A stretch of DNA of 32,000 bases from Candidatus Saccharimonadota bacterium (GTDB lineage Bacteria > Patescibacteriota > Saccharimonadia > Saccharimonadales > Saccharimonadaceae). Below are positions 9,365 through 17,996 of this stretch, in pieces (the stretch's first letter is position 1; every line of letters starts with the position of its first letter). Where the stretch lies: contig DIRZ01000003.1 in NCBI GenBank assembly GCA_002421785.1, forward strand, positions 150,001 through 182,000, in the 5' to 3' direction. The position numbers were made by a program, and so were the translations under genes. The notes beneath the pieces were generated by a model. It searched no databases. It saw only the letters and a list, made by a program, of their open reading frames with translations, and was not told the DNA's origin.

Positions 9365-9415
9365 AAATTGCAATTAAATACAGGGGTCACTGCCCCTGCC
9401 TTAATCGCCGAAGAT

Positions 9416-9444
9416 AGTATACGATATTGTGTCATTTTGGTCAA
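9416..9444 (-). promoter_or_regulatory. near-consensus promoter TTGACC-17-TATACT pointing into the ORF-free element
   Basis: On the minus strand, TTGACC is the reverse complement of 9439-9444 and TATACT of 9416-9421, with a 17-nt spacer. The next minus-strand CDS (rplS) is about 800 nt away and has its own promoter. Confidence 0.5.
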
Positions 9445-9473
9445 TAATTAATCGTCAACTCGCCCGCGTCGTT

Positions 9474-9479
9474 TATACT
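9474..9479 (+). promoter_or_regulatory. -10 TATACT, 6 nt upstream of malic enzyme ATG 9486 (leaderless-type)
   Basis: The sequence reads cgtcgttTATACTaggcatATG. Confidence 0.45.
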
Positions 9480-9485
9480 AGGCAT

Positions 9486-10619
9486 ATGGATTACAACGAA
9501 CTTGCCCTTACCCTCCACAAACAATACAAAGGAAAAATCACAACCACCCTTCGCGACACTTCGGACCTTGATCGTACAAAGCTAAGCGCCTATTACAGCC
9601 CTGGCGTAGGTGCTGTCAGCCAAGCGATTGCTACCGACCCCTCACAACTCCCTACCTACACATGGACAAACAACCTCGTTGCCGTTATTAGTGACGGCTC
9701 CGCAATCCTTGGCCTAGGCGACCTCGGGCCACGCGCCGCCATGCCAGTCATGGAGGGTAAAGCACTCTTGTTCAAGCACTTTGCAAACATCGACAGCGTT
9801 CCCATTGTGCTCGACGTGCATACGCCCGATGAAATCGTTGCCACCGTCAAAGCCATGGCGCCGAGCTTCGGGGCGATTAATCTTGAAGACATCGCCGCAC
9901 CGAAGTGCTTCGAAATCGAAGAGCGACTTAAGACGGAGTGCGACATTCCTGTTTTCCATGATGACCAACATGGCACAGCGGTGGTCACGCTCGCAGGCCT
10001 CATAAATGCCACAAAAGTTGTTGGTAAACAGCTCAGCAGCTGCAAAGTCGTACTCATTGGTGCTGGCGCTGCTGGCACTGCAATCGCCAAGCTCCTTCGC
10101 CAATACGGAATCGGCACACTGTATGCAGTTGATAGCCGCGGTATAATCAGCAACGACCGAACCGATTTGAATGCAGAAAAAACCGCGCTGATGGACTATC
10201 TTGATACGAACGTTTCGGGAACACTCGATGACGCCATCACCGGTGCGGACATCTTCATCGGCGTTAGCAAGCCTGGACTCTTAACACCAGAAATGATTGC
10301 AAAAATGAATGCCGACCCCATCGTCTTTGCCCTAGCTAACCCAACGCCCGAAATCATGCCCGACCTCGCCAAACAAGCTGGCGTCGCTGTAATGGCAACG
10401 GGACGGAGCGATTTCCCAAATCAAGTAAACAACGCAATTGCCTTTCCTGGCATATTCCGCGGCGCGCTTGATAATGGCATTAAGAAGATTACCGATGAGC
10501 ATAAGCTAGCAACTGCCATCGCTATCGCTGGACTTGTTGCCGAACCAACAGCAGACGAAGTTATCCCTGCGGTCTTCGATGAACGGCTTGTGCCGACCAT
10601 CGCGGCAGTGATCGTGTAG
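9486..10619 (+). CDS. NAD(P)-dependent malic enzyme (short, ~377 aa type)
   Basis: Carries VISDGSAILGLGDLGPRAAMPVMEGKALLFK, GAINLEDI, the Rossmann motif VLIGAGAAGTAIAKLL, and FALANPTPEI. I chose ATG 9486. The track ORF starts at GTG 9429. Confidence 0.9.
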   Translation: MDYNELALTLHKQYKGKITTTLRDTSDLDRTKLSAYYSPGVGAVSQAIATDPSQLPTYTWTNNLVAVISDGSAILGLGDLGPRAAMPVMEGKALLFKHFANIDSVPIVLDVHTPDEIVATVKAMAPSFGAINLEDIAAPKCFEIEERLKTECDIPVFHDDQHGTAVVTLAGLINATKVVGKQLSSCKVVLIGAGAAGTAIAKLLRQYGIGTLYAVDSRGIISNDRTDLNAEKTALMDYLDTNVSGTLDDAITGADIFIGVSKPGLLTPEMIAKMNADPIVFALANPTPEIMPDLAKQAGVAVMATGRSDFPNQVNNAIAFPGIFRGALDNGIKKITDEHKLATAIAIAGLVAEPTADEVIPAVFDERLVPTIAAVIV

Positions 10620-10649
10620 CCTATGCTTGCACGCTCCGCTATCGTACCG

Positions 10650-10655
10650 TAGAGT
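10650..10655 (+). promoter_or_regulatory. -10-like TAGAGT, 7 nt upstream of ATG 10663
   Basis: The sequence reads ccgTAGAGTaagctccATG. Confidence 0.3.
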
Positions 10656-10662
10656 AAGCTCC

Positions 10663-11067
10663 ATGGCACTCTTCGATGCTTACCACGTGTATTCGGTAAA
10701 CCCACGCACTGCTGCATTTGATTGTAGGGTTGGTGCGGACGTTCTGCCAACGAATCCACTCATGAAGCCTACCGACTACAAATGGCCTTTTTGGGTATCA
10801 GGGCTCAATATTCAAGACCTAGCGGTATTTGCTAGTGTTATTGACGAAGACGGAAGCCAAGAATATGGCTACCTTGTAACCAAAACTGGCGAAGTATCAG
10901 AGCTCGTTCAGCCTTTTGTGCTCGAGGTAGATCAATCATTGATTACCCCCGAACTAGCTCGTCGATTCGCAACAGTCAGCTACGAAGAAATTGCGTCGCT
11001 TGGAATCGAGCGCGTCGTCGAGCTCACCCGTCGACAATTTCCAAATGCCGTACCGCTCTTTGATTAA
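10663..11067 (+). CDS. hypothetical protein (134 aa)
   Basis: Lies in ORF track 10627..11067, which starts at TTG. I preferred the ATG at 10663. I recognised no family motif. It is compact, and its stop overlaps the pilB-like stop. Confidence 0.55.
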   Translation: MALFDAYHVYSVNPRTAAFDCRVGADVLPTNPLMKPTDYKWPFWVSGLNIQDLAVFASVIDEDGSQEYGYLVTKTGEVSELVQPFVLEVDQSLITPELARRFATVSYEEIASLGIERVVELTRRQFPNAVPLFD

Positions 11068-12686
11068 ATCACTCGACCGATTTCATCAAGCGTCGTCTCT
11101 CCACGCAGTGCAGCTAGCACGCCAGCTTGCTCGAGAGTCAACATTCCTTGCTGCTTCGCAACTTTTTCAATGGCTTCCGGGTGAACATCATCGATATCAC
11201 CGCGAATAAACTTCTGAATTTCTTCTGTTACGACCATCTGCTCCATGATAACGATTCGGCCCTTGTAGCCGAAGGGTTCATCGTCACTGGGTACAGGCCG
11301 CCAAAGACGGAACGTATCAAGATCGGGACACTCAACGTCATCAGGAACATCTTCAAGAACTCGCTTCACGTAGTTACGCGTCGCTTCGTCGGGCTCGTAT
11401 TCCTCTTTTGTACTATCGACGAGTCGTCGCACTAGCCGTTGTGCAATGACAAGGCGTACAGCCGAGCTAAAAATCGGATTAACCCCAATCATATCAATCA
11501 TGCGGCTAAACGCTGCACTCGTGCTGTTCGCATGGAAGCTACTTAGCACCAGGTGGCCCGTAATTGACGCTTGAATGGCAGTGCGGGCAGTGTCTGTATC
11601 GCGAATCTCACCGACCATCACCACGTCAGGGTCAAGACGGAGCACACTACGAAGGCCATCGGCGAAGCTTTGACCAGCAGTACTATTAACCGGAATCTGG
11701 GAAATCCCTGTTAGCCCGTACTCAATCGGATCTTCGAGCGTGATGAGCTTACGGTCCGACGTATTCAGGGCGTTTAACATACTATACAAGGTAGTAGACT
11801 TGCCGCTTCCCGTCGGGCCAACCATCAGTACGAGCCCGCGTGGATGATGAACAATTTCATCAATCTCCCGACGTTCTCGTTCGTGAATTCCTAGTAAATC
11901 AAGTTTTAGCAGCGATTCATCGAAATTAAACAAGCGAAGCACCGCGTCCTGGCCATAAAGCGTCGGAACTGTTTCGACGCGCAAATTCAGCAAATGCGTG
12001 GCACCGTCGCGCGTTACTTCACGCTGCATGTGACCAGACTGACTTTCATTCGATGCACTACTCACTCCTGCACGGCTGGCGAGCTCGCCCATAATGATTC
12101 GATACTTATCGCGGTCAAGATGCGCGACAGCGTGTAGTGCGCCGTCAACGCGCATACGAATTCGAATATTATTTCGCTCGTTTTCAACATGAATGTCGCT
12201 TGCGCCCAGCCTATCAGCCTGATCGATAATAAAGTCAAAAAGCGCCTCGCTACTCACACTGTTCAGCGTACTGCTCACCTGGGTAATCGTGTCACTGTCG
12301 CCCTCCTGTGCAATTTCTATGTCGTCATACACGACCTGCTTCGGGGGATCGTAGCGGTTCATAAAGGCACGATATCCACTTTGGCTAATCAGGAGAAACT
12401 GAGTGCTTCGGCCGTTATCATTATACTCACGGGTAATCCGTTGAATGACCGACTGTGGCGTCTGTGCCGTCACGCCAAACTGGAACGTCGTTTCACTGTT
12501 GCCCTTCACGAGCGGAACGATTTTGTCACGATGCATAGACAACACGTCCAAAACGCCGTCTGCAAGTGGCAAATCAGCTTCGATTTCGCGAGTATCAAGA
12601 TACTGCAGCCCCAAAATAGCAGCTCGTTGCTGCGTAGAATGTTCGTCCTGTTCCCTACGACGCCGTTGGACTTCTTCTTCGTTCAT
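11064..12686 (-). CDS. pilB: type IV pilus / type II secretion ATPase, GspE/PilB family
   Basis: Walker A is VGPTGSGKSTTLYSML and Walker B is DPDVVMVGEIRD. The His box is TGHLVLSSFHAN. An N-terminal T2SSE_N-like domain is present. The track start is TTG 12704. I preferred ATG 12686 (MNEEEV...). Confidence 0.9.
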   Translation of the reverse strand: MNEEEVQRRRREQDEHSTQQRAAILGLQYLDTREIEADLPLADGVLDVLSMHRDKIVPLVKGNSETTFQFGVTAQTPQSVIQRITREYNDNGRSTQFLLISQSGYRAFMNRYDPPKQVVYDDIEIAQEGDSDTITQVSSTLNSVSSEALFDFIIDQADRLGASDIHVENERNNIRIRMRVDGALHAVAHLDRDKYRIIMGELASRAGVSSASNESQSGHMQREVTRDGATHLLNLRVETVPTLYGQDAVLRLFNFDESLLKLDLLGIHERERREIDEIVHHPRGLVLMVGPTGSGKSTTLYSMLNALNTSDRKLITLEDPIEYGLTGISQIPVNSTAGQSFADGLRSVLRLDPDVVMVGEIRDTDTARTAIQASITGHLVLSSFHANSTSAAFSRMIDMIGVNPIFSSAVRLVIAQRLVRRLVDSTKEEYEPDEATRNYVKRVLEDVPDDVECPDLDTFRLWRPVPSDDEPFGYKGRIVIMEQMVVTEEIQKFIRGDIDDVHPEAIEKVAKQQGMLTLEQAGVLAALRGETTLDEIGRVI

Positions 12687-12694
12687 CTGACCAT

Positions 12695-12700
12695 AGTGTA
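12695..12700 (-). promoter_or_regulatory. -10 TACACT, 8 nt upstream of pilB ATG 12686
   Basis: The minus strand reads ttgtTACACTatggtcagATG. Confidence 0.35.
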
Positions 12701-12724
12701 ACAAAAAGCTTATGTAAATAACAG

Positions 12725-12733
12725 TGGTATACT
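12725..12733 (+). promoter_or_regulatory. extended -10 TGgTATACT, 6 nt upstream of ATG 12740 (leaderless-type)
   Basis: The sequence reads acagTGgTATACTagcgatATG. Confidence 0.5.
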
Positions 12734-12739
12734 AGCGAT

Positions 12740-13225
12740 ATGCCCGAAATCATTGTTATCGCGCACAATATCCGCAGCACACACAACGTGGGGAGCATTT
12801 TTCGTACCTGCGAGGGCTTTGGCGTGAATCGTCTACTTCTTACCGGCTATACGCCCTATCCGCTACTCAAAAATGATAGTCGACTTCCCCATATATCAGA
12901 GAAACTCACTGCTCAAATCCACAAAACCGCCCTGGGAGCGGAGACGATGGTTCCCTTCGAATACCACGAAGAACCCAATCTCGTGGCGATAGCCCGCGAC
13001 GGATATGAAATTGTCGCACTCGAACAGGCGCCAACAAGCATCAGCCTTCGGGACTACCATGCACCGCAAAAGCTGGCACTTCTTTTGGGTGAAGAAGTTC
13101 ATGGCATCACGAATGAGCTACTGAAGCAGTGTACAACCATCCTTGAAATACCCATGGTCGGAACCAAGGAATCATTCAATGTTAGTGTTGCGACGGGTAT
13201 CGCCCTCTACGCGCTATCAGCCTAG
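12740..13225 (+). CDS. SpoU/TrmH family RNA 2'-O-methyltransferase
   Basis: 161 aa with the SPOUT motifs NVGSIFRTCEGFGV, LLLGEEVHGI and IPMVGTKESFNVSVATGIALY. Confidence 0.85.
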   Translation: MPEIIVIAHNIRSTHNVGSIFRTCEGFGVNRLLLTGYTPYPLLKNDSRLPHISEKLTAQIHKTALGAETMVPFEYHEEPNLVAIARDGYEIVALEQAPTSISLRDYHAPQKLALLLGEEVHGITNELLKQCTTILEIPMVGTKESFNVSVATGIALYALSA

Positions 13226-14170
13226 CAACGTATCGTCAACGTGGAGCGCTTCTGATCTAGCCCTCCAGCCTTCGTACTCGTGGACGCGCGATTCTAAGAT
13301 TGCTGCTGCGTCCTGCTGGGCACTGTCATCACCGAGCAGTGCGTCAGCGAGGGTTTGTCCACCCAGCGCTTCATATCGACGCCCCGTCATCTCATACACC
13401 GATTGCGCTGGCCAGCTCGCATCGATGATGCGCGCTACCGCGTCTTCATGCCTCGTTGTCGCAAACAGTGTCACAAGCTCCTTAGCCCGCTGTTCGTTCT
13501 GCTCAACATACGATAGAGGCTCATCGCCCAGTAGTAGCGCGACTGTGTCGAGGTATTCATAAACAGCTTCGTCAGTGAGTGGATCAACCTCATTTTTCCC
13601 ATTTCCTTCATACCCGGTCTCTGCATAGTCCGCAACCCATACGTTATTTCGCACAGTTATGTTATCGGGTGCCATCGATGATCCGTACATGCAAATACTT
13701 TCCGAAAATACATGGCCGTCGCAATCATAGTGAAAAGTAACGTCCATCTGCCTCGCGACGTCATTCGAACCCTCATATAGCTTATATGGTCGCGGGTAGG
13801 CAATCTCCGTTCGATCAGTGTCTGTGTATCGAATTTTTTCATAATCCCAGCCCCATGCTCGGATTGATACACCAACTAGTGCCGAATGGTCCTTCCGGAG
13901 GTCAAGTACTGGGTAGTGTTCGCCGTTGGAAGGTATCGCAAGTTGTTCGTCGGCACGGGCCAGCACACTCCCGATGCGAGACGCGGCAACATTACTATAT
14001 ATCGCATCCACATCACCCTCGACCACCATATCAACATAAGTTAGGCCGTAGTCGGGATCACGATGCTCGAGGATTGCATCGGTGAGTGCAAAAAAGTCAG
14101 CCTGCGCCGGCGAGAGCTCATGGTCATAGCAATCTTCTGCGGGGGTAATTATTCGTTTTGGTCGTTCCAT
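13217..14170 (-). CDS. hypothetical acidic protein (317 aa), C-terminus resembling DUF2384 (Xre/MbcA/ParS antitoxin C-terminal domain)
   Basis: It has a canonical promoter and a GGAG SD. The C-terminal segment YEALGGQTLADALLGDDSAQQDAAAILESRVHEYEG resembles the aLgG.tP..ll....g...v...L.ri..G pattern of DUF2384. I did not recognise the N-terminal ~230 aa. Confidence 0.6.
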   Translation of the reverse strand: MERPKRIITPAEDCYDHELSPAQADFFALTDAILEHRDPDYGLTYVDMVVEGDVDAIYSNVAASRIGSVLARADEQLAIPSNGEHYPVLDLRKDHSALVGVSIRAWGWDYEKIRYTDTDRTEIAYPRPYKLYEGSNDVARQMDVTFHYDCDGHVFSESICMYGSSMAPDNITVRNNVWVADYAETGYEGNGKNEVDPLTDEAVYEYLDTVALLLGDEPLSYVEQNEQRAKELVTLFATTRHEDAVARIIDASWPAQSVYEMTGRRYEALGGQTLADALLGDDSAQQDAAAILESRVHEYEGWRARSEALHVDDTLLG

Positions 14171-14192
14171 ATATCACTCCGTTTATGAAGCA

Positions 14193-14221
14193 ATATTAGC
14201 AATGTTTATAGTTAGTGTCAA
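14193..14221 (-). promoter_or_regulatory. sigma70-type promoter TTGACA-17-TAATAT
   Basis: The minus strand reads TTGACActaactataaacattgcTAATAT, followed by GGAG 6 nt before ATG 14170. Confidence 0.6.
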
Positions 14222-14232
14222 TATCACATTTA

Positions 14233-17200
14233 CTATTTAACGATGACTTTGTCTGCACCCAGAAGTTCATTGAGGCGCGCCAGAAGTTCATGCTCTGCAT
14301 CCACGCGGAATGGAAGACGAATCGCGTTACCCTTATCAGCGCCGAGCACCATGATGATATCATTCTGGCCGGGGTACAGGCTGCATGCCTGCTTGAGCGC
14401 CAACAGCGCAGTGTGATCATTCGGATTCGCAACATGCACGTACACCGTTTTTAGCTGCAACTCGGGTGGTGGTATGGCTTCAGGCATTTTAGCGCTCATC
14501 GCGCCTGGACGTTTGGTGCTTCGCTTTCTAAATGACGTAACAGCACCAGGGCCTGTCGGCGCAGACATCTTCCGGCCATGGCTTTCATAGTCGGCCAGTT
14601 CTTTGTCCGTGACAATACTGATTTCATCGGCAATCATCTTTGCCTCATCTCCCATGTTACCCTCGCGGTCACGGGCGCTAATTTTACCCGTCACCTTCAA
14701 CACAACATCCGCACGCAAGTTGTCCCCCAGTTGCTCATAGAGCTTTGGAAAAACAATCACCTCACCGTCACCCGTCTTGTCCTCCAGCCCCACGAATGCC
14801 ATCTTGCTACCGCTCTTGGTGACAATACTTCTCAGCGTTGTCACTAGCCCACCAATCGTCACAAGCTGTCCATCAATCTTTGGAGTCACACTATGAAGCG
14901 GTATTGTCTGTTCTTCAAAGAACGCATCGAAGTTGTCGAGCGGATGCGCGCTAATGTACAACCCAAGCAATTCACGTTCCCACATAAGCTGTTCTTTTTC
15001 TGTGTAGCGAACCGGTGCTGTCTTTAGTTCAATACTCGGCATCAAGCCGCTCCCGCCGCCCAGGTCACCGAATAAATCCGTTTGACCACTCAGCGCTTCC
15101 TTTTGTAATTTGCTCGCGAAGGCCAAGATGTCTTCGAGGTTAAACAGGAGGTCACTTCGCGTGCCGAATCCGTCAAATGCGCCAGTTTTAATGAGTGCCT
15201 CGTAAGCCTTCTTATTCACGCGACTCGTACTGACACGCTTGGCAAAATCTTCGATGCTCGTAAACTTACCTTCGTCCCTTGCCCTTAGTATTTCTTCAAC
15301 CGCAGCAACCCCGACCCCCTTGACTGCAGCCATGCCGAATCGAATTTTGCGCTCATTTGGAACCACCGCAAACTCCACGAATGATTCGTTCACGTCTGGA
15401 TTCAATACGGTCATGCCCATATGCTTACACTCGGTCATTTCAATCGCAAGACGGTCAATGTCGTCCTGATCGCTCGTCATGACAGCAGCCATAAAGGCAT
15501 CCGGATAGTGCGCTTTTAGGTACGCAGTCCAGTACGCGATTAAGCCGTAGCACGCCGCATGGCTTTTGTTAAAACAGTAGTTTGCGAACTCCTCTAGCTG
15601 TGCCCAAAATGTCTCGGCCTGCTCCTCGGTTGCGCCGCCAACTTCCATGGCACCCTTTACAAAATCAACCTTTACCTTGCGCATCAGGTCAATTTTCTTC
15701 TTACCGACCGCCTTACGAAGCGTGTCCGCCTGACCACCGGTAAACCCACACCATTCCTTGCTGATCTGCATGAACTGTTCTTGGTACACAAGGATTCCGT
15801 AGGTACTTTTCAGCGAATTTTCCATACCTGAATGCAAGTAAGTAATCGCCTCTTCGCCGTGTTTTCGTTTAATAAAACTATCAATAAACTGCATTGGGCC
15901 CGGGCGATAAAGCGCCACCATGGCGATAATATCATCGAACACGCTCGGCTTCAGCTCACGCAAATAACGCTTCATACCCGCTGATTCTAGCTGAAAAACG
16001 CCTGTGGTGTCGCCGCGCTGGAATAGCTCGTATGTCTTCGCGTCATCAAGCGGAATTTCTGACAAATCGATCGTGTTTTTATATACTTTACGAATAATGC
16101 GGAGGGCATTATTGATAATCGTCAGGTTAGACAAGCCGAGAAAGTCCATTTTAAGGAGCCCGAGCTCTTCAACCGGCCCCATCGGATATTGCGTAGCAAC
16201 AACGCCTTTTTGTGCCATTTCAAGCGGAACGTAGTTCACGATGTCGTCTGGAGCAATCACCACACCGGCCGCGTGCACGCCATGACTACGAATCGTACCT
16301 TCCAGCCTTACCGCATAGTCAAATACTTCCTTTGCCACAGGATTCTCGTCGTACTCACGTTTTAAGTCGGGATCGTCTTTGATACTGCTGCTCAGGGGGA
16401 TATGACGGCCCTGAACGGGCGGCGGAATCATTTTGCTAAAGCGATCAGCTTCGGCGTACGGCACTTCGAGCACCCTTGCCACGTCACGCACCGCTGCACG
16501 AGCGGCCATTTTGCCAAAAGTGACAATATTTGCAACGCGCGCATCACCATATTTATTCGCACAATACGCAATCACCTCATCGCGGCGAGTGTCCTGAATA
16601 TCAATATCAATATCAGGCATGCTAATACGATCGGGGTTCAAAAATCGCTCAAAAAGCAGGTCGTATTTTAGCGGGTCAAGATCGGTAATGTTGAGCGCGT
16701 AGGCGATAATACTTCCCGCCGCTGAACCACGACCAGGACCAAAAATGATACCCTGCGACTTGCCCCAGTTGATAAAATCCTGCACAATCAAGAAATAGCC
16801 GTTGTATCCCATGCGGTTCACGACCTCTAGCTCCATCTCAACGCGCTCATTCACCGCGCTACTCAGAAGTTTTTTTAGCTCATCGATACTTAAAGTGCTG
16901 GTTTTTTCTACCAACAATCCTTCGTATCGCCGAGCCAATCCCTGGTATACCAGTCTGTCTAGATAGGAACCTTCTGTTTCACCATTCGGGACGGGGTACT
17001 TCGGAATAAGGATTTTTCCAAGTTCAATATTAACCTGGCAGCTATCGGCGATCTTTTTGGTGTTGGTTATGGCCTCAGGGTGCGTCGTTCCCCACCGGGA
17101 GATAATATCCTTAGGGTCGGTCACGTGAAGCTCAAACTCTTTGAGGCTCATACGCTTAGGATCACTCAGGAATGAACCCGTACCAACACACAGCAGAATC

Positions 17201-17922
17201 TCATGCGCCTCCTGATCATCGTGCGTCAAATAATGCCCATCACACGTTACGACCATCGGGATGCCCAACTCATCATGAAGGCGCATCAGCCCGTCGTTAA
17301 TCTTCAGCTGAACGTCCCACGTAAATGGCGCGTCAGGATGGCCGTGATCTTGCAACTCTAAGTAATAATTTTCTTTAAAAATAGAGTGATACCACTGAGC
17401 AATACGCTTGGCCTCTTCGTAGTTGTCGGCTCGTAAGTTTTCGCCAATTTCCCCACTTGCGCAGCCGCTCAAGGCTATAACGCCTTCACTATATTTTTCC
17501 AGTATTTCGTGGTCCATGCGCGGTTTATAGTACACACCCTCAAGGTTGGCGGTCGTCGACAACCGCATCAGATTTCGATAGCCGGCGTCGTTTTTTGCGA
17601 GCAACGTTAAGTGGTAGCGTGCTTTGTCTTTTGTGGGGTCGCGGTCGTGACGAGAGCGGGCTGCAACATATGCTTCTATGCCCAGTATAGGTTTTATTTC
17701 ACCGTCGACAGCGGCTTTATAGAATTCAAGCACGCCACTCATCGTTCCGTGATCGGTTACGGCAGTGGCAGTCATGCCGTATTCTTTGACCTTATCAACA
17801 AGTGCGTTAATCTTTGTTAAACCGTCCAGCAATGAGTGGTGTGTATGGTTGTGCAAGTGAACAAAATCGCTTGGAACAAGCGAAACTGGTAGCGCAGCCG
17901 TAGAACCCTTTGTACTCCCCAT
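14233..17922 (-). CDS. dnaE: DNA polymerase III alpha subunit
   Basis: 1229 aa. The PHP domain (FVHLHNHTHHSLLDG) is followed by polymerase core segments (GPGRGSAAGS, PDIDIDI) and an OB-fold/C-terminal region. Confidence 0.95.
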   Translation of the reverse strand: MGSTKGSTAALPVSLVPSDFVHLHNHTHHSLLDGLTKINALVDKVKEYGMTATAVTDHGTMSGVLEFYKAAVDGEIKPILGIEAYVAARSRHDRDPTKDKARYHLTLLAKNDAGYRNLMRLSTTANLEGVYYKPRMDHEILEKYSEGVIALSGCASGEIGENLRADNYEEAKRIAQWYHSIFKENYYLELQDHGHPDAPFTWDVQLKINDGLMRLHDELGIPMVVTCDGHYLTHDDQEAHEILLCVGTGSFLSDPKRMSLKEFELHVTDPKDIISRWGTTHPEAITNTKKIADSCQVNIELGKILIPKYPVPNGETEGSYLDRLVYQGLARRYEGLLVEKTSTLSIDELKKLLSSAVNERVEMELEVVNRMGYNGYFLIVQDFINWGKSQGIIFGPGRGSAAGSIIAYALNITDLDPLKYDLLFERFLNPDRISMPDIDIDIQDTRRDEVIAYCANKYGDARVANIVTFGKMAARAAVRDVARVLEVPYAEADRFSKMIPPPVQGRHIPLSSSIKDDPDLKREYDENPVAKEVFDYAVRLEGTIRSHGVHAAGVVIAPDDIVNYVPLEMAQKGVVATQYPMGPVEELGLLKMDFLGLSNLTIINNALRIIRKVYKNTIDLSEIPLDDAKTYELFQRGDTTGVFQLESAGMKRYLRELKPSVFDDIIAMVALYRPGPMQFIDSFIKRKHGEEAITYLHSGMENSLKSTYGILVYQEQFMQISKEWCGFTGGQADTLRKAVGKKKIDLMRKVKVDFVKGAMEVGGATEEQAETFWAQLEEFANYCFNKSHAACYGLIAYWTAYLKAHYPDAFMAAVMTSDQDDIDRLAIEMTECKHMGMTVLNPDVNESFVEFAVVPNERKIRFGMAAVKGVGVAAVEEILRARDEGKFTSIEDFAKRVSTSRVNKKAYEALIKTGAFDGFGTRSDLLFNLEDILAFASKLQKEALSGQTDLFGDLGGGSGLMPSIELKTAPVRYTEKEQLMWERELLGLYISAHPLDNFDAFFEEQTIPLHSVTPKIDGQLVTIGGLVTTLRSIVTKSGSKMAFVGLEDKTGDGEVIVFPKLYEQLGDNLRADVVLKVTGKISARDREGNMGDEAKMIADEISIVTDKELADYESHGRKMSAPTGPGAVTSFRKRSTKRPGAMSAKMPEAIPPPELQLKTVYVHVANPNDHTALLALKQACSLYPGQNDIIMVLGADKGNAIRLPFRVDAEHELLARLNELLGADKVIVK

Positions 17923-17931
17923 GTATACTCT

Positions 17932-17937
17932 ATTATA
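17932..17937 (-). promoter_or_regulatory. -10 TATAAT, 9 nt upstream of dnaE ATG
   Basis: The minus strand reads aggtTATAATagagtatacATG. Confidence 0.4.
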
Positions 17938-17996
17938 ACCTAAGCAACTATGCCGAATCGTAGTAATTTACACGTTCGGACGAATGCAGTTACGGG

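Noticed and set aside
8660-9444. Track ORFs inside the non-coding element (8660..8848-, 8909..9115-, 8932..9444-, 8972..9208+, 9039..9284+) as possible genes
   Set aside because: Their translations are Ser/Arg/Cys/Pro-rich with no recognisable motif. None has an SD or -10/ATG signal. They overlap one another in different frames. The dense base-pairing of the DNA explains the open frames better than coding does.
9429-9485. GTG-initiated 19-aa extension of the malic enzyme
   Set aside because: Malic enzymes of this type begin close to the ...ALTLHK..KGKI segment. ATG 9486 with TATACT-N6 fits the pattern seen elsewhere in the window.
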